Shown here one piece after another: positions 48,582 through 59,442 of a DNA stretch of 64,000 nucleotides. The DNA lies in IMG/VR virus record IMGVR_UViG_3300033146_001382, positions 1 through 64,000 of that record; one strand, given 5' to 3'. The position numbers and the translations under genes are program-made. This DNA comes from a virus. The notes under the pieces were generated by a model. It worked only from the letters and a program-made list of their open reading frames with translations, was not told the DNA's origin and searched no databases. Position 1 is the stretch's first letter; the number at the start of each line of letters is the position of its first letter.

Positions 48582-49100
48582 ATGACTAAGTATTTAAATG
48601 CCAAAAATGGTATAGAGATACTACATTCTGATGGGCTTACTCAGATTATTACAGGAAGTAGCGACCCTAGTTTAGATGGTGCTGAAGCTAATGTAGGCTC
48701 TTTATTTCTACGTAATGACTTGGGCGGGGGTATTTATAATAAAATAGGTACTCAAGATACTGATTGGGAACTACAAGTATCTTCTCCTAATACTTCTAGT
48801 AGTGGTATAACTCCTGAACAACATATAGCTCTTCATAATGGTGATAAATTTATAGAGTATATTAGAACTGGGGCTAGAGTATCAAATATAAATGAATGGT
48901 TAGATGAAACTAAAACTTATTGCATAAGTTCTACATATTTAGCTAGGGATGCTGGCAGAGTAAATCATTTTACTAAACATATTTATGATTATGCTTCTGG
49001 CTCTTATATAGTAGCTACAGTATCTGGAGTAGTTAATAGAGTAGATGGTAAAGTTATTTCAATAAAGTACTCTAGAGATAATACTATAGGGGGGTATTAA
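48582..49100 (+). CDS. Fibre-associated protein
   Basis: G.SDPS..G..A..GSL.LR...Y.K.G..DTDW shared with 42095 N-terminus. Confidence 0.7.
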   Translation: MTKYLNAKNGIEILHSDGLTQIITGSSDPSLDGAEANVGSLFLRNDLGGGIYNKIGTQDTDWELQVSSPNTSSSGITPEQHIALHNGDKFIEYIRTGARVSNINEWLDETKTYCISSTYLARDAGRVNHFTKHIYDYASGSYIVATVSGVVNRVDGKVISIKYSRDNTIGGY

Positions 49101-49101
49101 T

Positions 49102-49527
49102 ATGGAATATGTAGTAATAGAAGGGGAAGTAGTATTAATTGATTCCAAAGGGGATATTTTATCTACTATCAGTGGGGCTAATGGTAGTAAATTAGAAGTA
49201 GCTACTGCATTAGATAATACAATTAGTGGAAGTGCTATAAAAGTAAGGGAGCAGAACTTAGATCCTGAAGGCTATATAAAGAATTCATCTCATAATATGG
49301 CACATCAAGAGGGTCATTGGGCACCTTTAAATTTAGATTCTTTAGGTAGATTGAGGGTAGTTACGGAAGTTGAAAACCTACCACACACGTTAAGTGGTAC
49401 GCAACATACAGGTATTTTAAGTGATGCTCAAATACCATTTAGTATAGTTCGAGATGATGATTTAGCTACAGTTTCTGGAGTATTAAGACAAGATATAGAT
49501 AATATTGATGGTGGAAATTTCATTTAA
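49102..49527 (+). CDS. Structural protein
   Basis: Four T[ILV]SG motifs; C-terminal DGGNF. Confidence 0.65.
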   Translation: MEYVVIEGEVVLIDSKGDILSTISGANGSKLEVATALDNTISGSAIKVREQNLDPEGYIKNSSHNMAHQEGHWAPLNLDSLGRLRVVTEVENLPHTLSGTQHTGILSDAQIPFSIVRDDDLATVSGVLRQDIDNIDGGNFI

Positions 49528-49536
49528 GGAGAAATT

Positions 49537-50586
49537 ATGACAACACAAATTAGAATAAGAAGAGGGACAAAAACACAGTTAGCTACATTAATGGCAGGGG
49601 CTACCCCATTAGCTAGTGGGGAACTTGGGTTTACGACTGATACTAAGGAAGTATTTGTATCTGATGGTAGTGCTACTCATTTAATAGGTAGGGTGTTAGT
49701 AGGACTACTAACAGCAAGACCTGCAGCAGGTCAGTCAGGTTCTATGTATCATGCTACGGATGATTCATCTACTTGGGTGGACAATGGCACTTCATGGGTA
49801 GATGTGTCTGGAGGGTTGTCTACTTTAGATGATTTAGCTGACGGCACGACGTATGGTAAAGTATTAAATACATATTTAGATAGTAATAGACCTGATGGTT
49901 TATGGGATGGTGCTGTAAAACTTACAGGTAGTGTACTTAGAACACATTTAAATACTATAGCACAACATAGAGAAATTAATGATGCAGGAGGGTCAAGTAC
50001 CGATTTATGGTCTGCAGATAAGATAACTACTGCTATAGATAATGCATTAACTGGTTTAGATTTTCAAGCTGATGTTATAGCTATACAGGGTGATGCGTCA
50101 TTAGATCCTACAGGTTCGCCTGTAGTAGGTGCTAGATATATAATTAACAATAGTTCATCTTTACACGCTAATTTTGGCACTATTACGGGTGTAGCGGACG
50201 GTGACATAGTAGAATATAATGGATCTATTTTCATAGTAAGTTATGATGTTTCCGTATCTGGGGAAGGAGCATTAGTATGGGATAGAGATACTGATACTTA
50301 TCAAAAGTGGGATGGGACTACTTGGGCTGAGTTTGGCGGATTATCTGGTATTACTGCTGGAAGTGGACTAACTAAGGCTGGAAATACTTTAAATGTAGGA
50401 CAAGGTAACGGTATAAATGTACTGGCAGATGCTATCACGGTAAAACCTGATGTAACTACTGGGGCCACAGTTGCCCCTGTAGCTGTAACTAGTGCCGGTG
50501 TAGGCGTTATACTTGATAATGACTCATTAGCACATGTAGGTGGCGCTGTAGAAGTAAAAAAAGTAGACGGTGGAACATTTGTATAA
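49537..50586 (+). CDS. Tail fibre protein with Mtd-like N-terminal domain
   Basis: IRIRRGT...LASGELGFTTDTKEVFVSDG; C-terminal DGGTF. Confidence 0.75.
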   Translation: MTTQIRIRRGTKTQLATLMAGATPLASGELGFTTDTKEVFVSDGSATHLIGRVLVGLLTARPAAGQSGSMYHATDDSSTWVDNGTSWVDVSGGLSTLDDLADGTTYGKVLNTYLDSNRPDGLWDGAVKLTGSVLRTHLNTIAQHREINDAGGSSTDLWSADKITTAIDNALTGLDFQADVIAIQGDASLDPTGSPVVGARYIINNSSSLHANFGTITGVADGDIVEYNGSIFIVSYDVSVSGEGALVWDRDTDTYQKWDGTTWAEFGGLSGITAGSGLTKAGNTLNVGQGNGINVLADAITVKPDVTTGATVAPVAVTSAGVGVILDNDSLAHVGGAVEVKKVDGGTFV

Positions 50587-50596
50587 GGAGTAATAT

Positions 50597-51901
50597 ATGA
50601 CTTCTGAAATTAAAATAAAAAGGGGTACAAAGTCCCAATTACCAACTTTAGAGCTAGCTGAGCCTGGGTTTGTAACTGATTCCAAGGAATTATACATAGG
50701 GGATGGTACTGGGAATATAAAAATTGGCGGGAATTCTACCTTCTTAGAACATGTGGATTCCCCGGCTACTTACACTAGCTATGCTAATAATGTGGTGGCA
50801 GTAAATAATGCTGAGTCTGGACTAGAATTTAAAAGTATAGATTTAACTCCTAGTACTTTGGCATTGATGGTGTATAATACCAATGCACAAACTGACGTTG
50901 ATACAGCAGAAAGTTTACAGTTGGAAGGTATAATAAGGTTGGATAGTGGTTTTAGTATGGGTGGTACTAATAGTACCGAAATAACTATTAGTGGTGCAGG
51001 TTGGTACGAATTTCAGTATTCTGTCGCATGGGATAGTGATTATAGTAATAGATCTACTATGCGTGTATATGTAGAACGTGCAGGTCTGTATGGCTGGGAA
51101 GCAATTAGTCAATCTTATTCTTATGAGTACTTACGACATAGTACTTATGGTAGAATGAGTAATAATACAGCATCTTTCTTTCTAAATTCATCTGAAGGAG
51201 AAAAATTTAGAGTTCGTATGGATGGCGCTACTACTGGTTCATTCCCATCAACTAGTGTTGATTCAGATACAATAAATAATCAGTGTTGGGTTACTATAAA
51301 ATCATTAGATTTTATGGGTATAAAGGGTAAAGATGGTAAAGATGGTAGTGACGGTGATGATGGGGTAGATGGTTCACCGGGCCCTCCTGGCTCTGGTTCT
51401 TCCACTAATGTTTACCATGAGGGTTCTACTATTTCTGGATCTCCATTTAGTACTATTAATTTTAATGGGTTGAATGTAGCTCCTAGTGTAACTAGCGGTA
51501 CTGTAGATGTAACACATACTCCTTCTATTTTTGGTACCTGGTATGGTTGGGAAACTTCTGAGTCTCAGAGTACGACTACAAGTACCTCTTGGCAACTAAA
51601 ATTAAGATATTCTTTAAGTGATATACCAGCTGGGTACTATAGAATAGGGTACCAGTGGGAGTGGCGAAGAAATCATGTAGGAACTGATTTTAAATCAAGA
51701 GTACAAATAGATGATACTAGTACGGTAGCTAATATGAATTATGAATCTAAAGATGTCCATTCGTGGCATTTAGATCAAGGATTTTACATAGCTAATTTAA
51801 CTGCAGGTAATCACTACATAGATATAGATTATTGTGGTGAATCAAGTTCATACACTAACTATATTAGGGCAGTTAGAATAGAATGTTATAGAGTGTCATA
51901 A
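50597..51901 (+). CDS. Tail fibre protein with Mtd-like N-terminus and collagen-like segment
   Basis: IKIKRGT...EPGFVTDSKELYIGDG; GIKGKDGKDGSDGDDGVDGSPGPPG. Confidence 0.8.
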   Translation: MTSEIKIKRGTKSQLPTLELAEPGFVTDSKELYIGDGTGNIKIGGNSTFLEHVDSPATYTSYANNVVAVNNAESGLEFKSIDLTPSTLALMVYNTNAQTDVDTAESLQLEGIIRLDSGFSMGGTNSTEITISGAGWYEFQYSVAWDSDYSNRSTMRVYVERAGLYGWEAISQSYSYEYLRHSTYGRMSNNTASFFLNSSEGEKFRVRMDGATTGSFPSTSVDSDTINNQCWVTIKSLDFMGIKGKDGKDGSDGDDGVDGSPGPPGSGSSTNVYHEGSTISGSPFSTINFNGLNVAPSVTSGTVDVTHTPSIFGTWYGWETSESQSTTTSTSWQLKLRYSLSDIPAGYYRIGYQWEWRRNHVGTDFKSRVQIDDTSTVANMNYESKDVHSWHLDQGFYIANLTAGNHYIDIDYCGESSSYTNYIRAVRIECYRVS

Positions 51902-51914
51902 ATAGGAGAATACT

Positions 51915-52940
51915 ATGGAATACATTTATATACTAGAACAATTTATGAATAATAAGGCAGATTTTAGTAAGTTAACACGAGAGATAGGTGATGCCGATAT
52001 TATAACTGCGTTGGATTTTATATCCGGAGAAAATAATGAGGTAACTATACATTTTAAAGCTGAGTTATCATCAGGTGATTTTGCTACTCTTAGTGGTATA
52101 GTGGCCTCACATGACGGCGTAGATGATAATATTGACTACCAACCAGTTAAAATAATAGGCTCTGATGATGCTATCCATTTAAATACATGTTTAAATGATG
52201 AGTATAGGGATAGATCTGGTAAATTAAGAATTCATCAGACTTCCAGGAAGATAGGTACTGTAATTGTATGGACTGGAGAAGGAGATGATCACACTGATCC
52301 CTCATGTGTTGGTGGTGGAGAACCATTTTCTTTTAATTATACTATGGGGCAATCAGATCCTTTAATTAAGTATATAGATTTTAATATGATAGAGAATGAG
52401 ACATGGTTACATGAAGGTTATATAACTTGGAGTAATTGTAGTTTAGATACATTAGATTTACTATTGGTGACTAGAGCTACCCCCTTTATTACAGCTAGTG
52501 GTACTAATTTTAATTTGTATAATGGGTATTTAATTGTACCAGCAGTACCTGGTACTGGTACAATTGATATAACTACTGATTTATCAGAGCATACAGCAGG
52601 GCTGGTGTACACCCCAAAGAACGATGTAGGAGTACGTCCAACTGCTTTTTGGGATGCTACCTGGGATAGTTCCATTCAGAAATTTGTAGACATAGTACCT
52701 AATCCTACAGGCACTGGCAAATACAATCTATTTGCAGCAGAAATACCAATAGCACATTTTATACGGAAGATGCCTTTATTAGACTCTGGCTTCATAGCGC
52801 TCAACTCATCTGATACAGATCAGTTAGGTCACGGAATGAGGTTAAAAATGATAGCTGACACTAATACTACTAGTAGTGTAGGTGATCATGATTGGTCTAT
52901 TGCCTGTACAATGTGTTTACATAGAGCTAGAACTGTATAA
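51915..52940 (+). CDS. Virion structural protein
   Basis: Context and composition. Confidence 0.6.
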   Translation: MEYIYILEQFMNNKADFSKLTREIGDADIITALDFISGENNEVTIHFKAELSSGDFATLSGIVASHDGVDDNIDYQPVKIIGSDDAIHLNTCLNDEYRDRSGKLRIHQTSRKIGTVIVWTGEGDDHTDPSCVGGGEPFSFNYTMGQSDPLIKYIDFNMIENETWLHEGYITWSNCSLDTLDLLLVTRATPFITASGTNFNLYNGYLIVPAVPGTGTIDITTDLSEHTAGLVYTPKNDVGVRPTAFWDATWDSSIQKFVDIVPNPTGTGKYNLFAAEIPIAHFIRKMPLLDSGFIALNSSDTDQLGHGMRLKMIADTNTTSSVGDHDWSIACTMCLHRARTV

Positions 52941-52960
52941 ATTTATTTAGGAGGATAGTA

Positions 52961-53539
52961 ATGAAACATACAAAAAGTTTTACTAGAAAGTTTAAAGAAA
53001 TACTAATAGATTTTTTAGGTAATATTAGATTTTACCCTGGTGGATTAGTACTATTTGGAGATTCTAAATATAAATTAAAGGGGCCAGATTGGAGGGCTAT
53101 TTTAGATATTATAAAACCAGGAGATGTGATAGGAAGTGCACATAATCATTACGTTAGTTCATGGTTCATAAAAGGTGATTTTGGTCATGTAGGTCTATAT
53201 GTTGGCAATAATAAGATTATTCATGTAAGAACTGATGGTATAGTAGAAGAAGACATACTTACATTTTTAAGGGCCGACAATGCTTTTGTAGTTAGACCTA
53301 CTAATGTAGAATTAGTTCCCCCTGCTATTACTAAAGCATATACACAACTAGCAAAAAATATAGAATATGATTATGATTTTAATAAACAAGATACAGAACA
53401 GTTTTATTGCTCTGAGTTTACTGATTTTTGTTATGGATACCTTTTACGTGAAGGTGTATCAAAAGATAAAAATTATATTTTTCCTGATGACTATTTAGTG
53501 CCCTCCGCACTATTTGACATTATATGGAAAAAACAGTAA
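52961..53539 (+). CDS. YiiX/YebB-like permuted papain-like amidase
   Basis: PGDVI...FGHVGLY...YDYDF...FYCSE. Confidence 0.85.
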   Translation: MKHTKSFTRKFKEILIDFLGNIRFYPGGLVLFGDSKYKLKGPDWRAILDIIKPGDVIGSAHNHYVSSWFIKGDFGHVGLYVGNNKIIHVRTDGIVEEDILTFLRADNAFVVRPTNVELVPPAITKAYTQLAKNIEYDYDFNKQDTEQFYCSEFTDFCYGYLLREGVSKDKNYIFPDDYLVPSALFDIIWKKQ

Positions 53540-53551
53540 AGTAGGTATTAT

Positions 53552-54088
53552 ATGATAGAAGCTAATAAAAATGAGTTGTTTCCTATCACAGTTTCACTTT
53601 ATGATGAAACTACTTCTGAATTAGTACCTAATCAGTTAGTTACTTATGACATACGTACTATGGATGATATGGTATTAGCACCACCAATTAGTGGTAGTTT
53701 AAGTGAATCTACAGTAGAAGGTGGTATATATAAAACTCAACTTAGTTTACCTTACTCAGGTACTTATATATGTTATGCTTCTTGCTCTGGATTTTTGGCT
53801 GGTACTGAAGATATAGTAATAAATAATGAAAATATCTATGAAATTACAAAATCAAATAGACCCCATAATTTATCAGTAATAGATGTTCCTAGAGTTACAG
53901 TTTCTGGTGCTGCAACACCTTCTCAGATTTTGCGTAGAGTACCATTTGGTAGAACTGATTATATCACAACAATTATAAAAAATGATAGTGCGCTTGATTG
54001 GAGTAATCCAGTGAGTTCTGGGGTATCGTATGCTCATTACAAGTCTACTAGTGATGAATTACCATACATGATGGCTGGAGAGTTCTAG
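53552..54088 (+). CDS. Ig-like virion protein
   Basis: GIYKTQLSLPYSGTY beta-sandwich pattern. Confidence 0.55.
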   Translation: MIEANKNELFPITVSLYDETTSELVPNQLVTYDIRTMDDMVLAPPISGSLSESTVEGGIYKTQLSLPYSGTYICYASCSGFLAGTEDIVINNENIYEITKSNRPHNLSVIDVPRVTVSGAATPSQILRRVPFGRTDYITTIIKNDSALDWSNPVSSGVSYAHYKSTSDELPYMMAGEF

Positions 54089-54535
54089 ATGGTAGATATT
54101 AGGCCAATGGCAGCCAGAGGATTTGATATGTGGAGCCCTCAAATAATAACAACTACTGTTTCAGGCGGTGGTATGTTTGGTAAAGGCTCTATAGAACTAG
54201 AAACAGGTTGGCAGTTAGTAGCTATTCCTATTGAGCATGGTTACTGGAGTTCGGCTACTCATATGCATATACATGATGGTGTTACTAAAGCTAAGTTTAA
54301 AAACTATGTATTAGATCAAATATCCGATTTATATGGGGAGGATATAGTAGAAGTAGCCAATACTTATACTGGAGATCAGCAAGCATTTTTTAGTTTTGTA
54401 GTAGGGTCAACCCCTGCCTCATCACCACATAATTTTAATTTAGTGTATAGTGATAATATTAGTATGGAGATTGCTGGATTTTGGATCAATATTATAGGCA
54501 ATACAGGTCCATATGTGATAAGCTGGGGGGAGTAA
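54089..54535 (+). CDS. Virion structural protein
   Basis: L.TGWQLVAIP motif, context. Confidence 0.55.
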   Translation: MVDIRPMAARGFDMWSPQIITTTVSGGGMFGKGSIELETGWQLVAIPIEHGYWSSATHMHIHDGVTKAKFKNYVLDQISDLYGEDIVEVANTYTGDQQAFFSFVVGSTPASSPHNFNLVYSDNISMEIAGFWINIIGNTGPYVISWGE

Positions 54536-54569
54536 TGACTTTTGGTATAATATACAAGGAGGCTAGTCT

Positions 54570-57197
54570 ATGAGTCTAAATATCACTTTTGATGGTTATG
54601 CCTATGATAAAGATTCAAGTATAGGTAATGCTGACATATATTATCAAGCTTATTTCTATAATAATGGTACTTCTTCCAGCACATCAAAATGGAATGATGT
54701 AAGATTAATAGAAAACTCTGGTTATTGGAACTTCAATCTAGGTGATAGTGATTTCTTAGGCCAAACTGGTGTAGTACTGTCAGGTTCAAAACTAGTAGTT
54801 GTTTTTTGGAAAGGTGCCGCAGATAGAACAGCTGATTGTGGTGTACTAACTGAGTGGGGGGCCTTTGAATTAAATATAACGTCAGCATCATTTTATACTA
54901 GTGATATTCAAACTAAAACCAATATAATTCCCAACCTAATATGGTATGACAATATCCCAACTCATGGGTATGTAAATACTAATTATAGTGTAATTAATAA
55001 TAGTACAGATATACACTTATGGAATTTTGATGGGATATTATCTACTGGAAGTGTTACTATGTATCATTGGTACACACGGTATAATCAAGTTATTAATAAT
55101 GTAAATAGAATTGAAACTACTGATTATACTTGGGGAGATGGTGAGTCATCATTAGGGGTAGCAGGTACTATAAATGGAGGACATTCTTATGATGCTGCCG
55201 GTACATATACTATTGATATAGAAGTACATGATTATTGTGGTGGTAGTTCTTCTGATTCTACTGAGGTAGATATATACTGGCATGCACCTAGTCCTAATAT
55301 ATCTAGATGTACTAATTTAGGAGCTACACAAGGTAATACTATATATCCACCAGATACTAAAGTATTTTTTAAATATGTTGGTACTGATATAGACAACACT
55401 ATAACATCTATAGAGTGGACCATCCATGATAGTGGGGTATATGGAAATACTGATACTATAATTACTACTAGTAAAGATTCTATCATAGCTCATAGTGAGG
55501 GGGATGGTACTGCATGGGATGGGCATTTAGCTACTTCTGGAGCTTTTACAAATCCAGGCACTCATGTAGTTGAATTGAAAGTGTATTGGTATGATGGGTA
55601 TGAGACTAAAGTAGTTTCTTACAGCGAAAATTTTAATCAATTAACCTTCAATGGACCCCCTGTAGCAAATTTAGTATGTAATGAGGCACAAAGTAATCAT
55701 GTAGCTATTCCTAGTACAGTAGTAACATTTGCATATACAGGTACTAATCCAGATGGTAGGTTAACTGGTATAGATTGGACTATTGATGATGGTACTACAG
55801 ATACTATTATAAATAATTCTCCTTATGATACAGTTATTAATCACACAGAAGGATTAGGAGGAAGTTGGTATGGTAATTTAAGTACTATAGGCGCATTTTC
55901 TAACCCTGGTAATCATCTCATAAGTATTAAAGTACATTGGAATGATGGTTGGGAAAATTTGGAAGTAAACTATAGTGAAAATATTACACAAGGTGTTTTT
56001 TCTGGTCCAATACTTAGTTTGGATCAGGTACCATCTAAAGCTACAGTGGCTAGTGGTGTAACATTCGTAAATACATCTACTAATACTGATAGGGTAGGAT
56101 TAGACTTATTTGATAATGAGGAATACAAATGGGTATGGGCTGATGGTTTTTTAGTTGAGTCTGAACTTGATAAGCCGTATAGTTATCAGTTTACAAAAGT
56201 ACCTACTTCAGTAGAGTGTATTGTGTATTTATATGCGGATTGGTCTGATGGTTGGGATAGTAAAACATCTTGGATAGACGTACCTGTAGTCTTTGATACT
56301 TCAGTTACTATTACTCCAGAGGACTGTTATTATAGTATTAGTATAATTGGAACTTCTTCTGATGGTTCGGCTACTAGCTATAATTGGACAGTTTCTTCTG
56401 GAGTATCAGAGGAAGGCCCATGGGATATAGTTTGGGAAAGTCCTACAGGATTAGAACAACAACAAAAAACGCTATGTTTTTCTGCTACTGGTTGGTACAA
56501 AGTAACAGGGTATGTACATGGTACTGGCAGTACTTCTAGTGCATATGATACTTTATTAATTACCGAAACATGCCCAGATTCTGCAGCAGTATATAATATT
56601 TGGAATGGTACTGGAATTTTAGATATAGGTACAGATTGGTTAAGGCTTGGAGCAGGGGAAGAAACAACGGTTTCTAAATATAGAGGTACTAATGGATTAG
56701 ATGTAGTATATAGTGGACATACTAATATAGTGGAGTTTGTTAGAACTACTGATTCAAATATTAACGACTATGATTTTTTGTCTTTTTGGATAAACACCAG
56801 AGAGTATCATAAAAGAAGTGATATTTTTATTAGATTATTTTCTTCTAACTTTACATATGGTTCAGAGTTACATTTAAGCCACTATGTGGATTTGTCTGAC
56901 ACAGATCATTGGACAAGAGCAATGATACCTATATCTAGATTTAATTTAAAAGCTCAGTTTGCAGAATTAGGTTGGCCTACTTTAATAAATATGTTACACT
57001 TTAGAACTAAAGGTCATATAAGTTTTTGGTTAGATAATGTAGCACTAAGTATGGGCGCATTAATAACTGTACCAGTATGTGCACCTATAATGGAAACTAC
57101 AGATTTAGGTGGATTAACTATGAATACAACAAATGTTGGGGAAGTTCCAATGATAGCAGCTAATATTAGGTCCTTTCCAAAGCCTATAAATATATAA
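54570..57197 (+). CDS. Large PKD/Ig-repeat virion protein with C-terminal carbohydrate-binding-like domain
   Basis: YTWGDG...HSYDAAGTYTI; internal duplicated domain; DFLSFW...WTRAMIPIS.F. Confidence 0.75.
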   Translation: MSLNITFDGYAYDKDSSIGNADIYYQAYFYNNGTSSSTSKWNDVRLIENSGYWNFNLGDSDFLGQTGVVLSGSKLVVVFWKGAADRTADCGVLTEWGAFELNITSASFYTSDIQTKTNIIPNLIWYDNIPTHGYVNTNYSVINNSTDIHLWNFDGILSTGSVTMYHWYTRYNQVINNVNRIETTDYTWGDGESSLGVAGTINGGHSYDAAGTYTIDIEVHDYCGGSSSDSTEVDIYWHAPSPNISRCTNLGATQGNTIYPPDTKVFFKYVGTDIDNTITSIEWTIHDSGVYGNTDTIITTSKDSIIAHSEGDGTAWDGHLATSGAFTNPGTHVVELKVYWYDGYETKVVSYSENFNQLTFNGPPVANLVCNEAQSNHVAIPSTVVTFAYTGTNPDGRLTGIDWTIDDGTTDTIINNSPYDTVINHTEGLGGSWYGNLSTIGAFSNPGNHLISIKVHWNDGWENLEVNYSENITQGVFSGPILSLDQVPSKATVASGVTFVNTSTNTDRVGLDLFDNEEYKWVWADGFLVESELDKPYSYQFTKVPTSVECIVYLYADWSDGWDSKTSWIDVPVVFDTSVTITPEDCYYSISIIGTSSDGSATSYNWTVSSGVSEEGPWDIVWESPTGLEQQQKTLCFSATGWYKVTGYVHGTGSTSSAYDTLLITETCPDSAAVYNIWNGTGILDIGTDWLRLGAGEETTVSKYRGTNGLDVVYSGHTNIVEFVRTTDSNINDYDFLSFWINTREYHKRSDIFIRLFSSNFTYGSELHLSHYVDLSDTDHWTRAMIPISRFNLKAQFAELGWPTLINMLHFRTKGHISFWLDNVALSMGALITVPVCAPIMETTDLGGLTMNTTNVGEVPMIAANIRSFPKPINI

Positions 57198-57213
57198 TAT
57201 TAAGGAGAGTAAT

Positions 57214-58218
57214 ATGATTGGGTTATCTTTTACAATTGACAATATATCTACCGTACTTACTGCGTATAATTATATTCAAATAGCGAAGTATACCGGTACA
57301 GAATCAGACCAACCACCTAGTCCGGCAGATGATGTGGCTAATTGGACTTCAATGTCTGGGTCGTTAGAATTTCCTATACCTGTAGCATTAGAGGCTAATA
57401 AATCATTCTACCAAGCTTATGATAATGATGGTCAGTATAATGATTGGTATAGTTCTAGATATGTGTATATAACTACTGAGAGTGGTACTAGTGTAATAGA
57501 TGCAGCTAATGGATGGTCCTCTCCAATACTTGGAGAAACAGGTGATTTATACTATGACCCTGAATTCCCAAAAGAAGTAAATTATGGTACTGCTGATCAG
57601 CGAATAATAGACAGAATAAGGCTTTATATAGGTGATCCATTATCCCTCAGACGAGAGTATGGTGAAGAAGCCATGGCATCTATACATCCTGATGGTAAAA
57701 CATATGAAATGGATGAATTAGGTTGGCCAGTGTTTGTTACTATGGGAGGTAAAGCTTTTGTGGACACCTTAAATCCCTCAGTAAATGGATACAGGTTATT
57801 AAAATTTCAGGAATACATTGATGAGATGTGCGCTACTTGTTCAGGTATAACTAATTTATGTGGTGTTGATATTGTGAAGGAGATAGATCATGGTGTGGAT
57901 ATCTGGTATTATACTTTCAGACATTCAGATAGGCAGATAATGGAAGCATACGAGTCTTGCCCAATACCACCACAATTAGATGAGCATACAGCTACTCCCT
58001 CAGTGTATATGATACAGACATCTATCGATTTATTACGACAAGAATTATTAGAAGATGCTACTGAAGATGGAGCTAAAGTAAGGGATGAGGGGTCATCATA
58101 TGACCCAGAACCAGGCCTAAAAATTAGACGAGAATTGTTAGCAGATTTAAAGAAAAGGTTAGATGAGATGATTAAGGTGCTAATGATGCAAGGTATTTCT
58201 GGTGTACTTATCGATTAA
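57214..58218 (+). CDS. Head-tail connector/neck protein
   Basis: IDRIRLYIGDP...; position. Confidence 0.6.
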   Translation: MIGLSFTIDNISTVLTAYNYIQIAKYTGTESDQPPSPADDVANWTSMSGSLEFPIPVALEANKSFYQAYDNDGQYNDWYSSRYVYITTESGTSVIDAANGWSSPILGETGDLYYDPEFPKEVNYGTADQRIIDRIRLYIGDPLSLRREYGEEAMASIHPDGKTYEMDELGWPVFVTMGGKAFVDTLNPSVNGYRLLKFQEYIDEMCATCSGITNLCGVDIVKEIDHGVDIWYYTFRHSDRQIMEAYESCPIPPQLDEHTATPSVYMIQTSIDLLRQELLEDATEDGAKVRDEGSSYDPEPGLKIRRELLADLKKRLDEMIKVLMMQGISGVLID

Positions 58219-58230
58219 TAGGAGATTAAA

Positions 58231-58821
58231 ATGGCATATAGTGGTGTAAGTTCAAAAACAAAACGTAGATATAGAAAAGCTATGAAAAAGGTTGTTAAGA
58301 CTCTAAGTAGAAAAATAGCTGTATATAAACAACCATTAAAAGCTGAGTGTCCAAATTGTTACTATGATAAACTTACAGATAGTTCTACTGGTAAATGTAA
58401 ATGGACTCCGTTAGAAGCTAGAAGTAAACAAATGGCAATAGGACTAAGTAACGAACTACAATATAAGTTTTTTAAGGTAGGCAGGTGTCCTGTATGTAAA
58501 GGTAAGGGCTATCTAGAAACACCTAGAAAAGTTTGGGTGGATTGTTTAGTAATATGGAATCCTAATAATAGAAACAGTGTATCTTACACTCCAGCTGGCA
58601 CAGAAGGATCTACTATAGTTGAATTAAAATCAGACACCAGTAATTTTGAACTATTTAAAAATTGTGATAAATTGGTAATTGACGGTATTACTTGTAGATT
58701 ATCCAAACCTCCAATACTACGAGGACTAGGCAATCAAACAGTATTAATAATTACAGCATTTACTACTGATAAAGCTAGTATCAATAGTGATGAGATATTA
58801 AAGAATTATCTAGGTGACTAA
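58231..58821 (+). CDS. Head closure/neck protein with Zn-binding motifs
   Basis: CPNC...CPVC; position. Confidence 0.55.
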   Translation: MAYSGVSSKTKRRYRKAMKKVVKTLSRKIAVYKQPLKAECPNCYYDKLTDSSTGKCKWTPLEARSKQMAIGLSNELQYKFFKVGRCPVCKGKGYLETPRKVWVDCLVIWNPNNRNSVSYTPAGTEGSTIVELKSDTSNFELFKNCDKLVIDGITCRLSKPPILRGLGNQTVLIITAFTTDKASINSDEILKNYLGD

Positions 58822-59441
58822 TGGATAGACGTATTAAAGATTCTTATAGATATACTATAGTTAAACTAGAGCAAATGTTTGAAGATAAAATACCTGAGCT
58901 TATAGAGGTAATTATGGAAGGATATGATAGTTTATCTGTTAAAGTAAGTGATTCCAATAGTAAAACTAATCCTGAGTTATTTAGGGATCAGTTTAAAGAA
59001 AAATTAGATAATTTTACATATGTATATAAAACTTTAACACAAACTAAACTAGTTGTACCTGATATGTACAATTTTAATTTTGTGGGTATACCTATAGTAG
59101 AACAAATACTGGAAGGTACAGCAGGAACATTTGTAGAAATATTACATGAGGATCTGGTTAAACTTACTGGTAAATCTACCATTAATGAGGAGCCGGTAGA
59201 TTCCTCTATAACTAAACAAAAAAGAGTTTATCTAATTAGGTATGATGATAAGGTAAGACAGGCAGAAAAAGGGGTATTAAAGAAAAAATTAATAAGGTTT
59301 CCTTTTTCTAATACACCAGCCCTAGATGCTACAGTATTTGGAGTAGCAGAAGAGTATGTTGTTGATAATATTGATAAATGGATAGATTCAACATTAAAAA
59401 CAAGTACAAAAGAGATATCACAAAAATGCGGGAAGGGGTAA
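58821..59441 (+). CDS. Neck/tail completion-region protein
   Basis: Position. Confidence 0.5.
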   Translation: MDRRIKDSYRYTIVKLEQMFEDKIPELIEVIMEGYDSLSVKVSDSNSKTNPELFRDQFKEKLDNFTYVYKTLTQTKLVVPDMYNFNFVGIPIVEQILEGTAGTFVEILHEDLVKLTGKSTINEEPVDSSITKQKRVYLIRYDDKVRQAEKGVLKKKLIRFPFSNTPALDATVFGVAEEYVVDNIDKWIDSTLKTSTKEISQKCGKG

Positions 59442-59442
59442 C

